A DNA stretch of 64,000 bases from Candidatus Adlerbacteria bacterium (GTDB taxonomy: Bacteria; Patescibacteriota; Minisyncoccia; Phycocordibacterales; SBAW01). The stretch spans positions 65,073-129,072 of the forward strand of contig JAQBRA010000002.1 of NCBI GenBank assembly GCA_028286685.1, written 5' to 3'. Every line of letters starts with the position of its first letter. Positions within the stretch are counted from its first letter, which is position 1. Below are positions 28,148 to 38,399 of the stretch, piece by piece. A program made the translations under genes and the position numbers. Under the pieces are notes generated by a model. That model was not told the DNA's origin, ran no database searches, and saw only the letters and a list, made by a program, of their open reading frames with translations.

Positions 28148-29590
28148 TTAGTATACCTCTATGGCCTGTGTAAAGGGAGTCTCGTATGGCTCGACTTTGA
28201 GGGTGCCGCGGGCGCGGCGACCATTGAGCAAAAAGCGGCTGAGTATCTTGTAGCTATCGAGGTCAAACACCACCTCGTGGCGCTGCGAGGATACTTCGCC
28301 CTCTGCGTACTCGACGGTCTCCACCAGGCACCACTGGTTGACCACGTAGGCCGTACCCTCGCCCTCGTCGTTCTCGTCGCGCACGACTATGGCGCCCTTA
28401 AATGGCCAGGATTTTATCTTGTAGCGGGCAAAGGCCGCGGCTACACGCTTGTTGTAGCTCGCGGGCGTTTCGGCACCCGTGCACGCTCCTGCGCACCATT
28501 CGAGCTGCCGGCCCCAGCAGGCCCCGCCGCCCTTCTCAAGCCCCAGAAGCTTGCCGCACAGGCCCTTTTCTTTAGCGAGCGAGCGCAAAAAGGCCTTGGC
28601 TTGTGCGCGGGTGCGGCATACGCCCAAGATATTATTAAAGTCCTTGGCTTCAATTTCCGAGCGGTACTCGACATCAGCCGCCGTGTAACCCTCGGCAGTG
28701 GCCCGGGAAACGATAAGCGCCAGCTGTTTGTGCTTGCGCAAAACGCGATTGTAGGTGGGCAGCAACTCCTTGACGAGCTTGGATTCCAAAAACAGTGCGC
28801 CCAGCTCGCCTGAAGTTTCGCGATATTCGATATCGGCCGTGTCCTGGCACATGCGCATTTCTTTGGCAGATGCGTGATCGTTTGAAAAATGGGACAGCAC
28901 CCGCGTACGCAGCGTAACGCTCTTGCCCACGTACAAGACCTCGCCATCTGCTGCGTAGAAAATATAGACGCCGGGGCGGTTGGGTATGGCGCTGATTACC
29001 TCGCGGCTGAGCTGCGAGGGCAGCGTGTTGGACTTAAGCGCGCGATCTATGGCGCCTCTAAGCGCCTCGGTGCCCAAGCCTTTTTCGGCCGAGCGCAAAA
29101 ACTCCCACACCACCTGCGCGTCGTCCATGGCGCGATGCCGGTTGGCGCACGCTATGCCGTGCGCGGCCATGACCTCGTCTAGGTTGTGGCGCGCCTGCAG
29201 CGGGTACAAGGCGCGCGAGAGCTTGACCGAGCATAGGGTTTTAGCTCGATAGGGCTGCTCGATGCGAGCGAACTCGGCCTTGATAAACGCGTAGTCAAAG
29301 CGGGCGTTGTGCGCCACGAATACGGCGCCATCGAGCATTTCGCGGATGTCTTCTGAGACCTGGTCGAAGGTCGGGGCATTCTCCAGCTCCTCATTGCTGA
29401 TGCCGGTAATGCCCATGATGACGTGCGAGATGCGGCGCTCGGGCCTGATGAGCGAGTGATATTTCTTGACCACCCTGCCGTCTTCCACGCGCAATATGCC
29501 TATCTCGATAATCCCGCCATGCGCCGGACTCATGCCAGTCGTTTCAGTATCGACTATGGCGTACGTTCTTGATTTGAGGCTGTGTACCAT
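28148..29590 (-). CDS. DEDDh 3'-5' exonuclease (Pol III epsilon-like) fused to a GIY-YIG (Cho/UvrC-like) endonuclease
   Basis: VDTETTG, VAHNARFD, HRAMDDA; PGVYIF..LYVGKS..RVLSHF. Confidence 0.93.
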   Translation of the reverse strand: MVHSLKSRTYAIVDTETTGMSPAHGGIIEIGILRVEDGRVVKKYHSLIRPERRISHVIMGITGISNEELENAPTFDQVSEDIREMLDGAVFVAHNARFDYAFIKAEFARIEQPYRAKTLCSVKLSRALYPLQARHNLDEVMAAHGIACANRHRAMDDAQVVWEFLRSAEKGLGTEALRGAIDRALKSNTLPSQLSREVISAIPNRPGVYIFYAADGEVLYVGKSVTLRTRVLSHFSNDHASAKEMRMCQDTADIEYRETSGELGALFLESKLVKELLPTYNRVLRKHKQLALIVSRATAEGYTAADVEYRSEIEAKDFNNILGVCRTRAQAKAFLRSLAKEKGLCGKLLGLEKGGGACWGRQLEWCAGACTGAETPASYNKRVAAAFARYKIKSWPFKGAIVVRDENDEGEGTAYVVNQWCLVETVEYAEGEVSSQRHEVVFDLDSYKILSRFLLNGRRARGTLKVEPYETPFTQAIEVY

Positions 29591-29702
29591 TTATGTAAGC
29601 GTACGCCTACGATAACGCTTAGGCCATACACAAAAATGAAGAAGGCACGCAAAAGCGCGAGGTTCTTCTCGCGCTTGCTGCAATCATAATTTGCCCAATG
29701 AG

Positions 29703-29996
29703 CTACTTGAGCATCCCCTGGGCCTGCTCCTCGATCGTCTTTTTTATCTTACCCTCGAACATGCGCAGCATGAGCGGGAGTTTGGCATTGAGCTCGAACT
29801 CGCCCTCGCGCACCTCAAAGGTGCCGGTTATGGTCTGCTTTTGCGCAGTAAAGCCAAAGTGGAGCGTATCGCCCTGCCACTCTTCCTTGTCTATGGTCGC
29901 CTGGTCGCCCAGATTGGGGCGCGCCTCGTGGAGCGCCCTGATAACGCGCTGCTTGGCATCGAACTTGGAGAATTTGTGCGGGATCTTGATCTGCAT
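29703..29996 (-). CDS. polyhydroxyalkanoic acid system (PHA_gran_rgn) family protein
   Basis: IKIPH..AKQR, WQGDTLHF, AKLPLMLRMFEGKI. Confidence 0.7.
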   Translation of the reverse strand: MQIKIPHKFSKFDAKQRVIRALHEARPNLGDQATIDKEEWQGDTLHFGFTAQKQTITGTFEVREGEFELNAKLPLMLRMFEGKIKKTIEEQAQGMLK

Positions 29997-29997
29997 A

Positions 29998-30681
29998 TTA
30001 CTTGAGCGTAACCGAGGTAATGACCATAGGCTCTACCGGACGATCGCCTGCGCCGACCGGAGTGCCTTCAATGGCGGCAACGACTTCCATGCCGGATACC
30101 ACGTGGCCAAAGACCGTGTGCTTGGTGTCGAGGAAGGAATTCTCCGCCGTATTGATGAAGAACTGGCTGCCGTTGGTATTGGGCCCCGAGTTGGCCATGG
30201 AGATAGTGCCGACGGCATTGTGGTTAGTCGCGGAAATTTCGTCGGCAAACTGGTAGCCCGGGCCGCCAGTGCCCCAGCGCCCCGCCATGGAGTCGTCCTT
30301 GGTCAGCGGGTCGCCGCCTTGGATCATGAAGTCCTTGATGACGCGATGGAACTTGGTGCCGTCGTAAAAGCCTGCGGATGCGAGCTTGGTGAAGTTGGCA
30401 ACGGTATTAGGCGTCGCGTCACTAAACTCGATGACAATGTCGCCCTTAGTGGTGTGGAGTGTTGCCTGCATAATTTTTTCGTTAGTGCTGATAGGCTGTA
30501 CTGCTGCCTGCTGTGTTGTTGACGCGGGAGCCTGCTCTGTTTGGCCCTGCTGCGGCTCCTGCTCCCTAATGGAGTACAGGTCGCTGAGGGGTGCGGGCTC
30601 GGCGCCCCGGTTTATAAAATACCAGCCACCGCCGAAAATGACTACTGCGGCAGCAATTGCTGCGAGTGCTGATTTGTCCAC
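29998..30681 (-). CDS. membrane-anchored cyclophilin-type peptidyl-prolyl isomerase
   Basis: FYDGTKFHRVIKDFMIQGGDP, SMANSGPNTNGSQFFI, HTVFG; likely GTG start at 30681. Confidence 0.95.
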   Translation of the reverse strand: MDKSALAAIAAAVVIFGGGWYFINRGAEPAPLSDLYSIREQEPQQGQTEQAPASTTQQAAVQPISTNEKIMQATLHTTKGDIVIEFSDATPNTVANFTKLASAGFYDGTKFHRVIKDFMIQGGDPLTKDDSMAGRWGTGGPGYQFADEISATNHNAVGTISMANSGPNTNGSQFFINTAENSFLDTKHTVFGHVVSGMEVVAAIEGTPVGAGDRPVEPMVITSVTLK

Positions 30682-30685
30682 CGGG

Positions 30686-31297
30686 CTATTGTAACAAATC
30701 CTTAAGCACCGGCGCCAGGCGGGCAGCCAAAAGGGCGTATCCTTGGGCGTTCGGGTGGATCGTGTCGGACATATACTCTTTCTTTCCAAAGAGCCCAGAA
30801 AGCGCGTCGGGCACGTAGGCGGTGCGGTACGTGCGCGCAAGCTCCTCAAACCGGGACGCGTACGGGTCGGCTAGCACTCCGCCGCGGATGCCCACCAAAA
30901 GCACCGCAGCTCCCCTGCGCTGCAGGCCCTCTATAATGCTCGCCAGATTGGCAAAGACCGCCTCGTCGCTCACCTGCTGCAGGTAGTCATTGCCGCCCAC
31001 CAGCAGTATGACGACTTTGGGGCGGTAGGCATCAAGATCGTCCAGGCGCCCCAGCACGTCGCTAGTCGTGTCGCCCGGATGCCCCAAGTTGGCGATAGGC
31101 TGGCCTATGTCATTTGAAAGGACCGGCACGAAGCCGCTTTCCCGGGGAGCACCGGTGCCGTATACCAGGCTGTCGCCCAGCGCGATAATGTCGGTGCCGG
31201 CCGAGGGATAGTTGGCGATATCCGGAGCGCGCAAAAAGAAAAACCAGGCCGCCGCGGCCACAGCCAAAACCACCACTCCGGCCCAAAGCAATCTCAT
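30686..31297 (-). CDS. SGNH/GDSL esterase (TesA-like)
   Basis: LGDSL, GGND, DTIHPN. Confidence 0.93.
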   Translation of the reverse strand: MRLLWAGVVVLAVAAAAWFFFLRAPDIANYPSAGTDIIALGDSLVYGTGAPRESGFVPVLSNDIGQPIANLGHPGDTTSDVLGRLDDLDAYRPKVVILLVGGNDYLQQVSDEAVFANLASIIEGLQRRGAAVLLVGIRGGVLADPYASRFEELARTYRTAYVPDALSGLFGKKEYMSDTIHPNAQGYALLAARLAPVLKDLLQ

Positions 31298-31301
31298 GGA
31301 G

Positions 31302-31913
31302 CTATTTTAGCACCAGGCTCTTGCGGATCGCGTCGAGCTGGCTTACGAGCGCCGCGCGGTCAAACTCGCGCACAGTCCCCTCCGGATAATTTTCTACTGT
31401 AGTTGAGTGTATGAAGTACCGCACGCCGACGCAGCCGCCCTCAATTGGCGTGGCGTAGACGCGCTCCTCGTAGCGATTGCCTGCGCCAGCACCCCCGCCG
31501 CGCGCGACCGAGAAGCGCTTGCCGTTCTCATCGACAAAGCCCTCGTAGGTCGGGTTGCTCATGTATATCTCGGCGCTGCAGGAATTTACGGCGCCCGGAA
31601 GAAACTCGATCGAAATGCCGGAATCCGGCGAGAGATTAGTGCCCGTAGCCATTTCGGCCGGCACCACGAACTTGACCCCGGCAATGTCGCGGCCGGGACC
31701 GAGCGCCTGATAGGCATAGGGCTCTACCACCGAGTACCCCTCGGGGTACAGCAAGGAGAACCCGTACGCGCTGTTGTCGTACGCCACGAAGCCCGACGGG
31801 GTCGTGGTCGCGTTGCCCGACTGCTCGGCAGGCTCGATGCGCCCCATGGTAAGCGAGAGCCACACGCCCAAAATTAAGACGAGCACTACGAGGACGCCCA
31901 GGGTCGCTTTCAT
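31302..31913 (-). CDS. secreted/membrane-anchored hypothetical protein
   Basis: N-terminal TM, YDNSAYGFSLLYP, GAGAGNRYE. Confidence 0.8.
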   Translation of the reverse strand: MKATLGVLVVLVLILGVWLSLTMGRIEPAEQSGNATTTPSGFVAYDNSAYGFSLLYPEGYSVVEPYAYQALGPGRDIAGVKFVVPAEMATGTNLSPDSGISIEFLPGAVNSCSAEIYMSNPTYEGFVDENGKRFSVARGGGAGAGNRYEERVYATPIEGGCVGVRYFIHSTTVENYPEGTVREFDRAALVSQLDAIRKSLVLK

Positions 31914-32293
31914 ACTTGTTGAGACGGCATAAGCGGATTTTTGTTACGCGTACGCCAAGCATTGGCAGCAAGCGCTAAGGATGCGGCAGCTATCGCGAGG
32001 TCGCGGAAGAGTATCTCGAACTGGGCCAGGTTAAACAGCACAATGCTAACCAGTATGACCGTGGCGGCCATAGCGGGCCAGAAGAGGTTGCGGCCCATCA
32101 GGAGCCAGACCGCGATCCCGACCTCGAGCGCGCCGAAGCCGTGCAAGAGCAGCTCGCTTGGAATGCCCGAGTTGAGCAGGAAGGGCGGGAAATACCCTAT
32201 CCATGAGTCGGGGTTGCCAAGCGCATTGAGCGCCGGGTACAGGAAGGCAAAAGCCACCCCGACCCGCAGCAAGAGATGCGCAGTCCTGTCCAT
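31910..32293 (-). CDS. DoxX-like membrane protein
   Basis: LLLRVGVAFAFLY, EVGIAVWLL, ILFRDLAI. Confidence 0.78.
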   Translation of the reverse strand: MDRTAHLLLRVGVAFAFLYPALNALGNPDSWIGYFPPFLLNSGIPSELLLHGFGALEVGIAVWLLMGRNLFWPAMAATVILVSIVLFNLAQFEILFRDLAIAAASLALAANAWRTRNKNPLMPSQQV

Positions 32294-32296
32294 ATG

Positions 32297-32803
32297 CTAC
32301 TGGACCGTCACGACGCCCCCGAACTGGGCTGCCGAGTGATTGTGATACTCGAAGGTCCCCGTCTTATCAAAGACAAAGGTGTAGGAGGATCCGTTCTGGC
32401 ACTCGTCAAACGGCGTGGCGCCTTGGTAGGAGCCCGAGCAGTGTGTGGTGCGGTCAGTGCCGTCAAACTCGGTGTGCGTCGGATGCTGGTTAGAGCCTAT
32501 CCACATAGGACCCGAGGTATCGTTGATAAAAGTGACGCCTGTTCCGCGCACAACGGTAACGTTAGCTGGCTCGAAGCCGGCTGCGGTGTAGTGGACCTCG
32601 ACGCGGGTCGAGGCGTCGCCGACGCCGACATCGACGCTTCCGTCTGCGCCGACCGCGCCGTTATTAGCCGTGCCGGTGCCGGTCTGCTGCGTAGCGGTAG
32701 TGTCGGTTACTGCGGGCGCGGGCGCCTGCGCGGAGTACCACCAAACGCCGCCGATAATGACTAGGAGTGCTACGATGACTGCTGCCCATCCGGTATTGCT
32801 CAT
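32297..32803 (-). CDS. cupredoxin/plastocyanin-like membrane-anchored protein
   Basis: GFEPANVTV..GTGVTFIN, HPTH, YTFVFDKTGTFEYHNH. Confidence 0.82.
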   Translation of the reverse strand: MSNTGWAAVIVALLVIIGGVWWYSAQAPAPAVTDTTATQQTGTGTANNGAVGADGSVDVGVGDASTRVEVHYTAAGFEPANVTVVRGTGVTFINDTSGPMWIGSNQHPTHTEFDGTDRTTHCSGSYQGATPFDECQNGSSYTFVFDKTGTFEYHNHSAAQFGGVVTVQ

Positions 32804-32901
32804 GAGAGAAGAAGGATTAGTGAAAGGTTAATAACGCCACTATATCACACCACTCTTTGGCTGAAGGCTATATGAACTAAAAAATCCGGCTGAGGCCGGA
32901 T

Positions 32902-33144
32902 TTAGCGATGCGAGGAGGTGGTGAGGTAGGCCATGCAGCGCAGGCACTTGGCCTGGGACGCGCGGGTCTTGAGGTATTTGTTACCGCAGTCGCATACGAG
33001 TATGGGAGTCTTCTTCTCCTTTACGATCCAATGCCCGTCCTGCTGGAAGGTCTTAGTGGGGCCGCGGCCCATGCGCGAGGGCTCCGAGCGCACCTTAGAG
33101 TCGTGCTCGGGCTTGGCAACGATTTTGGCGATAGTCTTTTTCAT
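32902..33144 (-). CDS. small basic protein with CxC..CxxC motif
   Basis: Starts 4 nt after the helicase stop; CDCGNKYLKTR..CLRC; hairpin at about 32882-32903. Confidence 0.7.
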   Translation of the reverse strand: MKKTIAKIVAKPEHDSKVRSEPSRMGRGPTKTFQQDGHWIVKEKKTPILVCDCGNKYLKTRASQAKCLRCMAYLTTSSHR

Positions 33145-33148
33145 ATAG

Positions 33149-34444
33149 TTACTTAGACTCGATGAAGGTCAATGCCTTACCTTTCTTTCCAGCGCGGCCG
33201 GTGCGGCCGATGCGGTGGATGTAGTCCTCGTGCGTGTTGGGGAGGTCGTAGTTGATGACGTGCGAGACGCCGGAGATGTCGAGGCCGCGGGCGGCAACGT
33301 CGGTAGCGCAGAGGATCTGCACATGGTCCTTCTTGAAGTAATCCAGAGCGCGCACGCGCTGGCCCTGGCTCTTGTTGCCGTGGATGGATTCGGATTTGAG
33401 GCCCTTCTGCACCAGCTGCTTGGAAAGGCGCTCGACGCCGTGCTTGGTGCGGCCGAAGATGATTACCTTGTCGAAGCCCGGCTGGATCAGGAGGTCGTGC
33501 AGGACCTCGAGCTTGTCCTGGCCGGGGGCCACGCGCACGATGTCCTGGTCGATAGAAGAGGACGTGTCGCGGGTCTTAACGGAAATGCGCACGGGCTCAT
33601 TGAGGAACTCGCCGATGAGCTTCTCGATCTCAGTCGAGAGCGTCGCGGAGAAGAAGAGCGTGTGGCGCGGAGTCGGCAACAGGGCCAAAATCTGGCGCAT
33701 GTCGTTTATAAAGCCCATGTCGAGCATGCGGTCGGCCTCATCGAGGATGGCCGCGGAGAAGTCGTCGAGCTTGAGCGCTTTGCGCTCCAAGAGGTCCTTG
33801 AGGCGGCCGGGCGTGCCGATAACGAACTGCGGGCGGCGGGAAAGCTCGCGGATCTGCGGGCCAATAGCAGCACCACCCACGCACACGGTCGCGTACATGC
33901 CGAGACCCTTGGCAAAGCCCTTGAACTCCTCGTTAATCTGGATCGCGAGCTCGCGCGTGGGCACCATGATAAGCACGCGGCCCGAGCCGGCCTGGAGGCG
34001 CTTGTTGATGAGCGGAATGAGGAACGCGGCGGTCTTGCCGGTGCCCGTGTTGGCGATGCCGACGACGTCGGCGCCGCGGATGACGTGCGGGATGGCGCGG
34101 TCCTGGATCGGCGTCGGGTCGATGTAGCCCTTGTCGGCAATGTTCTTTTTGACGCGCTCGTCGAGTGCAAAGTCCGCAAAGCGGTGCTCGGGGATGAACT
34201 TCTCTACCTCTTCGGTAATGACCGCCTTATTGATGAATTTGGAGATATCGGAAAAAATCTGCGGCTTGTGTCCGCCGCCACGGGAGCCTCCCCTGCCGCC
34301 AAAAGACGGGCGTCCGCCCCCGAAGGATGGGCGCGAAGAAGAGCCCGAGCGGTTAAACGGGCGGCGGAAAACGGGCTTGGCACCCCCAGGGCGCGAGCCG
34401 CTATAGGACCTTGAAGGTCCCTTATTGGATCCGGTATTCGGCAT
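33149..34444 (-). CDS. DEAD-box RNA helicase
   Basis: PTPIQ, GTGKT, PTRELA, TPGRL, DEAD, SAT, HRIGRTGRAG. Confidence 0.98.
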   Translation of the reverse strand: MPNTGSNKGPSRSYSGSRPGGAKPVFRRPFNRSGSSSRPSFGGGRPSFGGRGGSRGGGHKPQIFSDISKFINKAVITEEVEKFIPEHRFADFALDERVKKNIADKGYIDPTPIQDRAIPHVIRGADVVGIANTGTGKTAAFLIPLINKRLQAGSGRVLIMVPTRELAIQINEEFKGFAKGLGMYATVCVGGAAIGPQIRELSRRPQFVIGTPGRLKDLLERKALKLDDFSAAILDEADRMLDMGFINDMRQILALLPTPRHTLFFSATLSTEIEKLIGEFLNEPVRISVKTRDTSSSIDQDIVRVAPGQDKLEVLHDLLIQPGFDKVIIFGRTKHGVERLSKQLVQKGLKSESIHGNKSQGQRVRALDYFKKDHVQILCATDVAARGLDISGVSHVINYDLPNTHEDYIHRIGRTGRAGKKGKALTFIESK

Positions 34445-34492
34445 CTATATTAGTATAGTATCAAATGAACCGCCAATTGTCAATTAAGCGGC

Positions 34493-35953
34493 TTATTTGA
34501 GCACAGACCACAAGTTAGAGTCCTCGCCGCCGTCGATCTTGAATATTGCGACGCCCTTAAGCCCATAGTTTTTAGCTTGCTCTATCTGATTTTGGATAGC
34601 TACCGAGTCGCTCCACCAAACAATGTTAACCGGAGCCGAACCGGTGCCCGCCTGGGCGCCCGCGTTGGTTGCGCTCTCGGTCGCCATATTGCCCGTGCCG
34701 GTTTCGGTCGTCTCAGAGGCATCGGGCTCTTCAGCCAAGCTCGGGCTGTAGGTAAACGACAGCTCGCCTGCCGAGTTGCGCTTGGGCGTAATGCCGAGCT
34801 GCTTAGCGAGGTCGGTAGCGTAGCGCGGGTTGAAGGCCCACTGATAGTCGTAGCGGTAGCCGAACTCGGAGAGCTTGGTCATCTCGTACTCGCGGCCGTA
34901 GGTAGCGACGCCGATGACGAGCTTCTTAGCCGGAATGCTCTGCTTGGTAAGCTCGATGACCTTGCCCACCCACCCCGGGTCAGAAACCGGTATGTAGGGG
35001 GCGAAACGCGCCTTGTTAAGCACCACGTCGGCCGTGCCCTGGTCGTAGGTCATGAGCTTGACCCGGTCGCAGTACTTGTTGATCTCGACGTAGTTGTTGC
35101 CATACTGGCCGGCGTCGGCCGGGCGCGGGCGCGTCTCGTCGTACAGAGAATCAAGCGGCGTACGCGCTTCGATCGTGCAGGAAACCCACTTCTGACCCAT
35201 GCGCTGGTAGAGGCCCTTGAGGAAGGTCGAGAAGAAGGGGCCCGTCTCGTAGCTCTTGCCCTCAAAATCGAGATCGATGCCGTCGTAGCCGCTGTCGTTA
35301 ACGAGCTTGACGATGCGGTCTTCCAGCGCGATGCGCGTGGTCTGGTTGGAGAGGATGCGGTACATAGCCTCGCTATCGCTCCACATGAGGGTCGGAATGA
35401 TGCGGACTTTTTTAGCCTGAGCGGCCTTGATAAGATTCTGCCACGCCGGCTGGCTCATGTCCGCCGCATCTTTAATTGAGCCGTCGGGCTGGCCGATATA
35501 TACAAATGGGTTGATTTCGCTCAACTGGTCGAGATGCGCCATCGCGTCTGCGGTACCGAGCTCGGTGCGCCAATACGGTATCCAGCCGGAATATTCGAAC
35601 TTGCCCGCAGCGCCAGCACCGCTCGTCGCCGTGCCTCCGCCAGTTGCAGCGCCGCCCAACGCCGCCTGCGTGCGCGGGCCGGCAACGCCGTAGCCGGCCG
35701 CCGTAGTGCCCGAACACATGATGCCCTGCGCGCACTGGAACTTCTTGACTGCGGCGAGCGTAAGCGGTCCGAACGTCCCCGTGTTGTTGCCTGCGGCAAG
35801 ATGGCCCTTAGCAATGAGCTGATTTTGCAGGGCCGTAACGTCGCTCCCGGACATGCCGGAAGAAAGCGAGCGGGCAGAAGCCGTGCCCGGAAGCACGGCG
35901 AAACTTAGGACAAAAATAAAGGCGGCCAAAGCGCCAAATGATGTGATACGCAT
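34493..35953 (-). CDS. secreted GH18 glycoside hydrolase with peptidoglycan-binding domain
   Basis: Signal peptide; DVTALQ..GTFGPLTLAAVKKFQ; DGIDLDFE; MTYD. Confidence 0.93.
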   Translation of the reverse strand: MRITSFGALAAFIFVLSFAVLPGTASARSLSSGMSGSDVTALQNQLIAKGHLAAGNNTGTFGPLTLAAVKKFQCAQGIMCSGTTAAGYGVAGPRTQAALGGAATGGGTATSGAGAAGKFEYSGWIPYWRTELGTADAMAHLDQLSEINPFVYIGQPDGSIKDAADMSQPAWQNLIKAAQAKKVRIIPTLMWSDSEAMYRILSNQTTRIALEDRIVKLVNDSGYDGIDLDFEGKSYETGPFFSTFLKGLYQRMGQKWVSCTIEARTPLDSLYDETRPRPADAGQYGNNYVEINKYCDRVKLMTYDQGTADVVLNKARFAPYIPVSDPGWVGKVIELTKQSIPAKKLVIGVATYGREYEMTKLSEFGYRYDYQWAFNPRYATDLAKQLGITPKRNSAGELSFTYSPSLAEEPDASETTETGTGNMATESATNAGAQAGTGSAPVNIVWWSDSVAIQNQIEQAKNYGLKGVAIFKIDGGEDSNLWSVLK

Positions 35954-35986
35954 ATATACAGTATAGACGAAGCGGGCGCTTTTGCC

Positions 35987-36256
35987 TTACGAATCGCCTT
36001 CGGCCAACATTAGCTCATCACGCGCGATAAACTCGTAGACCGAACTGTCGTCGTCTTGGATATGCGCGAAGGCCATGCCCTCCTCCTCGAATATATCGAA
36101 AAAGTCGCGCCAGGAAAGGCGCTCGAGCTCGTCCCCGCCTTCGCCCCAATCGAAGCGCAGGCCGGTTTCGGTACCTAAGAGGAGCGCCGGGGTGCCGCCG
36201 CGCTCCAGCGCCCAAGCCCGTATAATTTCGTGGCCGGTGGTGATAACTTGCTGCAT
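35987..36256 (-). CDS. small conserved hypothetical protein
   Basis: TTGHEIIRAWALERGGTPA..LRFD..SWRDFFDIFEE. Confidence 0.75.
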   Translation of the reverse strand: MQQVITTGHEIIRAWALERGGTPALLLGTETGLRFDWGEGGDELERLSWRDFFDIFEEEGMAFAHIQDDDSSVYEFIARDELMLAEGDS

Positions 36257-36296
36257 ACTCCCTTGTACCCCGGACGGCGTGTAGGGAGTGTGAACA

Positions 36297-36848
36297 CTAC
36301 CAGCCCAAGCCGCGCGCCAACAGGCCGATGAATACGATGCCCATGAAGTTCATGCCATAAGCAATAAGCAAGAACGTGCGCGTGCGCAATTTTGAAACTC
36401 CCAAGAGCGCGAGGCCCAGCTCGTCGGGCAATGGCGAGGCAATGATGAGCGCGCCCATGACCGGCAGCACGCGCCTGAAGTGCCGGCTTTTAAATATATG
36501 CAGGGCGCGGCGGATGCGCGAGCCGCGCAAAAGGTATGCGGCATCCTGCGAGACGCGGTCGCGCACGAAAGCGTACAAGAGATAGTCGCCCGCAACCGCG
36601 CCCACAGAGCCCACGAGCGCTATCAAAAATAAATTACCCTCCAAAGACAGCTCACCCAAGACGGCAATAGCAGGCGCAGTCGTAAGCAGCGAGGTAAAAA
36701 AGAGACCGGCCAGCAGGCTCGCCCACAATAGTCCGTCCCCCGCCTGAGCGAGCGCTTGCGGTACAAAATTAAAATGCACGATGGCCCATGCCGCCCAGAT
36801 GCTGGCGACGACAAGCAGGGCGTCTTGAAGCAAACGCGTGCGGCGCAT
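36297..36848 (-). CDS. membrane protein (DedA/VTT-like)
   Basis: GLFFTSLLTTAPA, GAVAGD, IIASPLPDELG. Confidence 0.75.
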   Translation of the reverse strand: MRRTRLLQDALLVVASIWAAWAIVHFNFVPQALAQAGDGLLWASLLAGLFFTSLLTTAPAIAVLGELSLEGNLFLIALVGSVGAVAGDYLLYAFVRDRVSQDAAYLLRGSRIRRALHIFKSRHFRRVLPVMGALIIASPLPDELGLALLGVSKLRTRTFLLIAYGMNFMGIVFIGLLARGLGW

Positions 36849-36875
36849 TAGCTACATTATTGCACGAGGCAGGAG

Positions 36876-37277
36876 CTACTCGGTGGTGGAGCCGTCCCAA
36901 TGATCGTTCGACTCGTCCGCATCAGCTTCTGCTTTGGTCTTATGCACCAGGCCGTCCTTGTGGTTAGGCGGCGTATATACCGTGTAGAGCTTAAGCGGCA
37001 CCTCCGGCGAGGTGTTGATGATGTTGTGCTTGGTGCCTGCGGGCACTGTGATTGAGAAGCCGTCAGCAAACTCGTGCTCGACGGCGTCGAGCACTGCCTT
37101 ACCCTGCCCTACCTCAATGCGCAGAAACTGGTCAACGTCATGCACCTCCTCGCCAATCTCACCTTTAGGATCGATGCTCATGACCACCAATTGCGAGAGC
37201 TTGGTCGTATAGAGCACCTTCCTGAAATTATCGTTGGCAAACGTCGCTTTTTCTATGTCGTTTATATAGCCTTTCAT
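36876..37277 (-). CDS. cupin domain protein
   Basis: FRKVLYT, EIGEEVH, VPAGTKHNIIN, LYTVYTPPNH. Confidence 0.93.
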   Translation of the reverse strand: MKGYINDIEKATFANDNFRKVLYTTKLSQLVVMSIDPKGEIGEEVHDVDQFLRIEVGQGKAVLDAVEHEFADGFSITVPAGTKHNIINTSPEVPLKLYTVYTPPNHKDGLVHKTKAEADADESNDHWDGSTTE

Positions 37278-37350
37278 ATGCGCGCATTATACCATTTGGA
37301 GTTTTTGGTTGCCCGTAAGTCCTATATTGGATTACCTGCCGCACTATAGC

Positions 37351-38283
37351 CTATTTTACGTAGGGCCCGATGGCGCTCCGGATAGAATCACGCAACTTTA
37401 CCAACTCGGGATACTGGTAGAAGAAAAGAATCTTTTGGTCTTTGACAAGAGAGCCGGTCGGCTTTGCGCGAAGAACAAAGTCGGTGAACGCCTCGGCAAT
37501 ATCCTCCTCGGGGCCCGTGGCCGCATAAACCGTCGTAAAACTGTTCTTGTTCTGCGCGTAGTAAAGGTCAGTCGCGCCGGTCGTCGCCGAATCTTTGGCC
37601 GCTTTTTGGGCCGACGCTGTCCAGAACTTCTGTGCAAATGCCGAGAGGTAGGAGTCCGTGAGCGTGCATCCATCCCCATTCGTTGCATACAGGTTTGCCT
37701 TTCTGCACTTGAGTTTGTTGATCTTCTTATAGTCTACTTGCGAAGAGTTAAGGGTGATAAGGTGCGCATATTCGTGGACCAGCGTTATGGAGATGTCGCG
37801 CTTCCATGCTGCATTTGAGAAGTTGATGCCGTTGGTATTGATAGCGAGGCCAAAGGCGGGATTCTTGCTGTTTACGCGCGCAACGAAGCCCAAAACCGGG
37901 CTTGGCAGCTTGTACGTAATGTATTGGCGGATGTTCTTATCAATGAAATCCCAGCCCGCTATGCCGGCAAAAATATCCCACACCTTTTGCTCGTCAGGAT
38001 TCGGCTTGTAGGCGCTCGAATTTTTCTCAAGCTTTTTGTTGAAGACGACGTAATCGGTGACAACGTCGCCGGCATCATATTGGATATCCTCCATGGCCTC
38101 GACGCCAATAGGCACGTTTAGCGAAGAGCGGTCAACACTCCAAGTTTGGGGCGCGGCAGCGGGATTAGGGATAGTAGAAAGGGGTGTCGCTTTGCCTGCC
38201 GCGTGGGCAGTTAAATGACTTGGACTTATAACCAGCATGGCAACAACTACCGCAAAATAGGAAAAAAGCCTCCGTCGATTCAT
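37351..38283 (-). CDS. secreted putative zinc metallopeptidase
   Basis: Signal peptide, TLVHEYAH, YAATGPEEDIAEAF. Confidence 0.85.
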   Translation of the reverse strand: MNRRRLFSYFAVVVAMLVISPSHLTAHAAGKATPLSTIPNPAAAPQTWSVDRSSLNVPIGVEAMEDIQYDAGDVVTDYVVFNKKLEKNSSAYKPNPDEQKVWDIFAGIAGWDFIDKNIRQYITYKLPSPVLGFVARVNSKNPAFGLAINTNGINFSNAAWKRDISITLVHEYAHLITLNSSQVDYKKINKLKCRKANLYATNGDGCTLTDSYLSAFAQKFWTASAQKAAKDSATTGATDLYYAQNKNSFTTVYAATGPEEDIAEAFTDFVLRAKPTGSLVKDQKILFFYQYPELVKLRDSIRSAIGPYVK

Positions 38284-38399
38284 AAAATAATAATTAAAAG
38301 TAATTCCTTCTATTGTGGAGCTTCCACCTGAAGGATTGGTGAAATATAAGCAAAAAACCCGAATGGTACCTGACAGTATTTTCCTCCCCTCTCCCCTTT

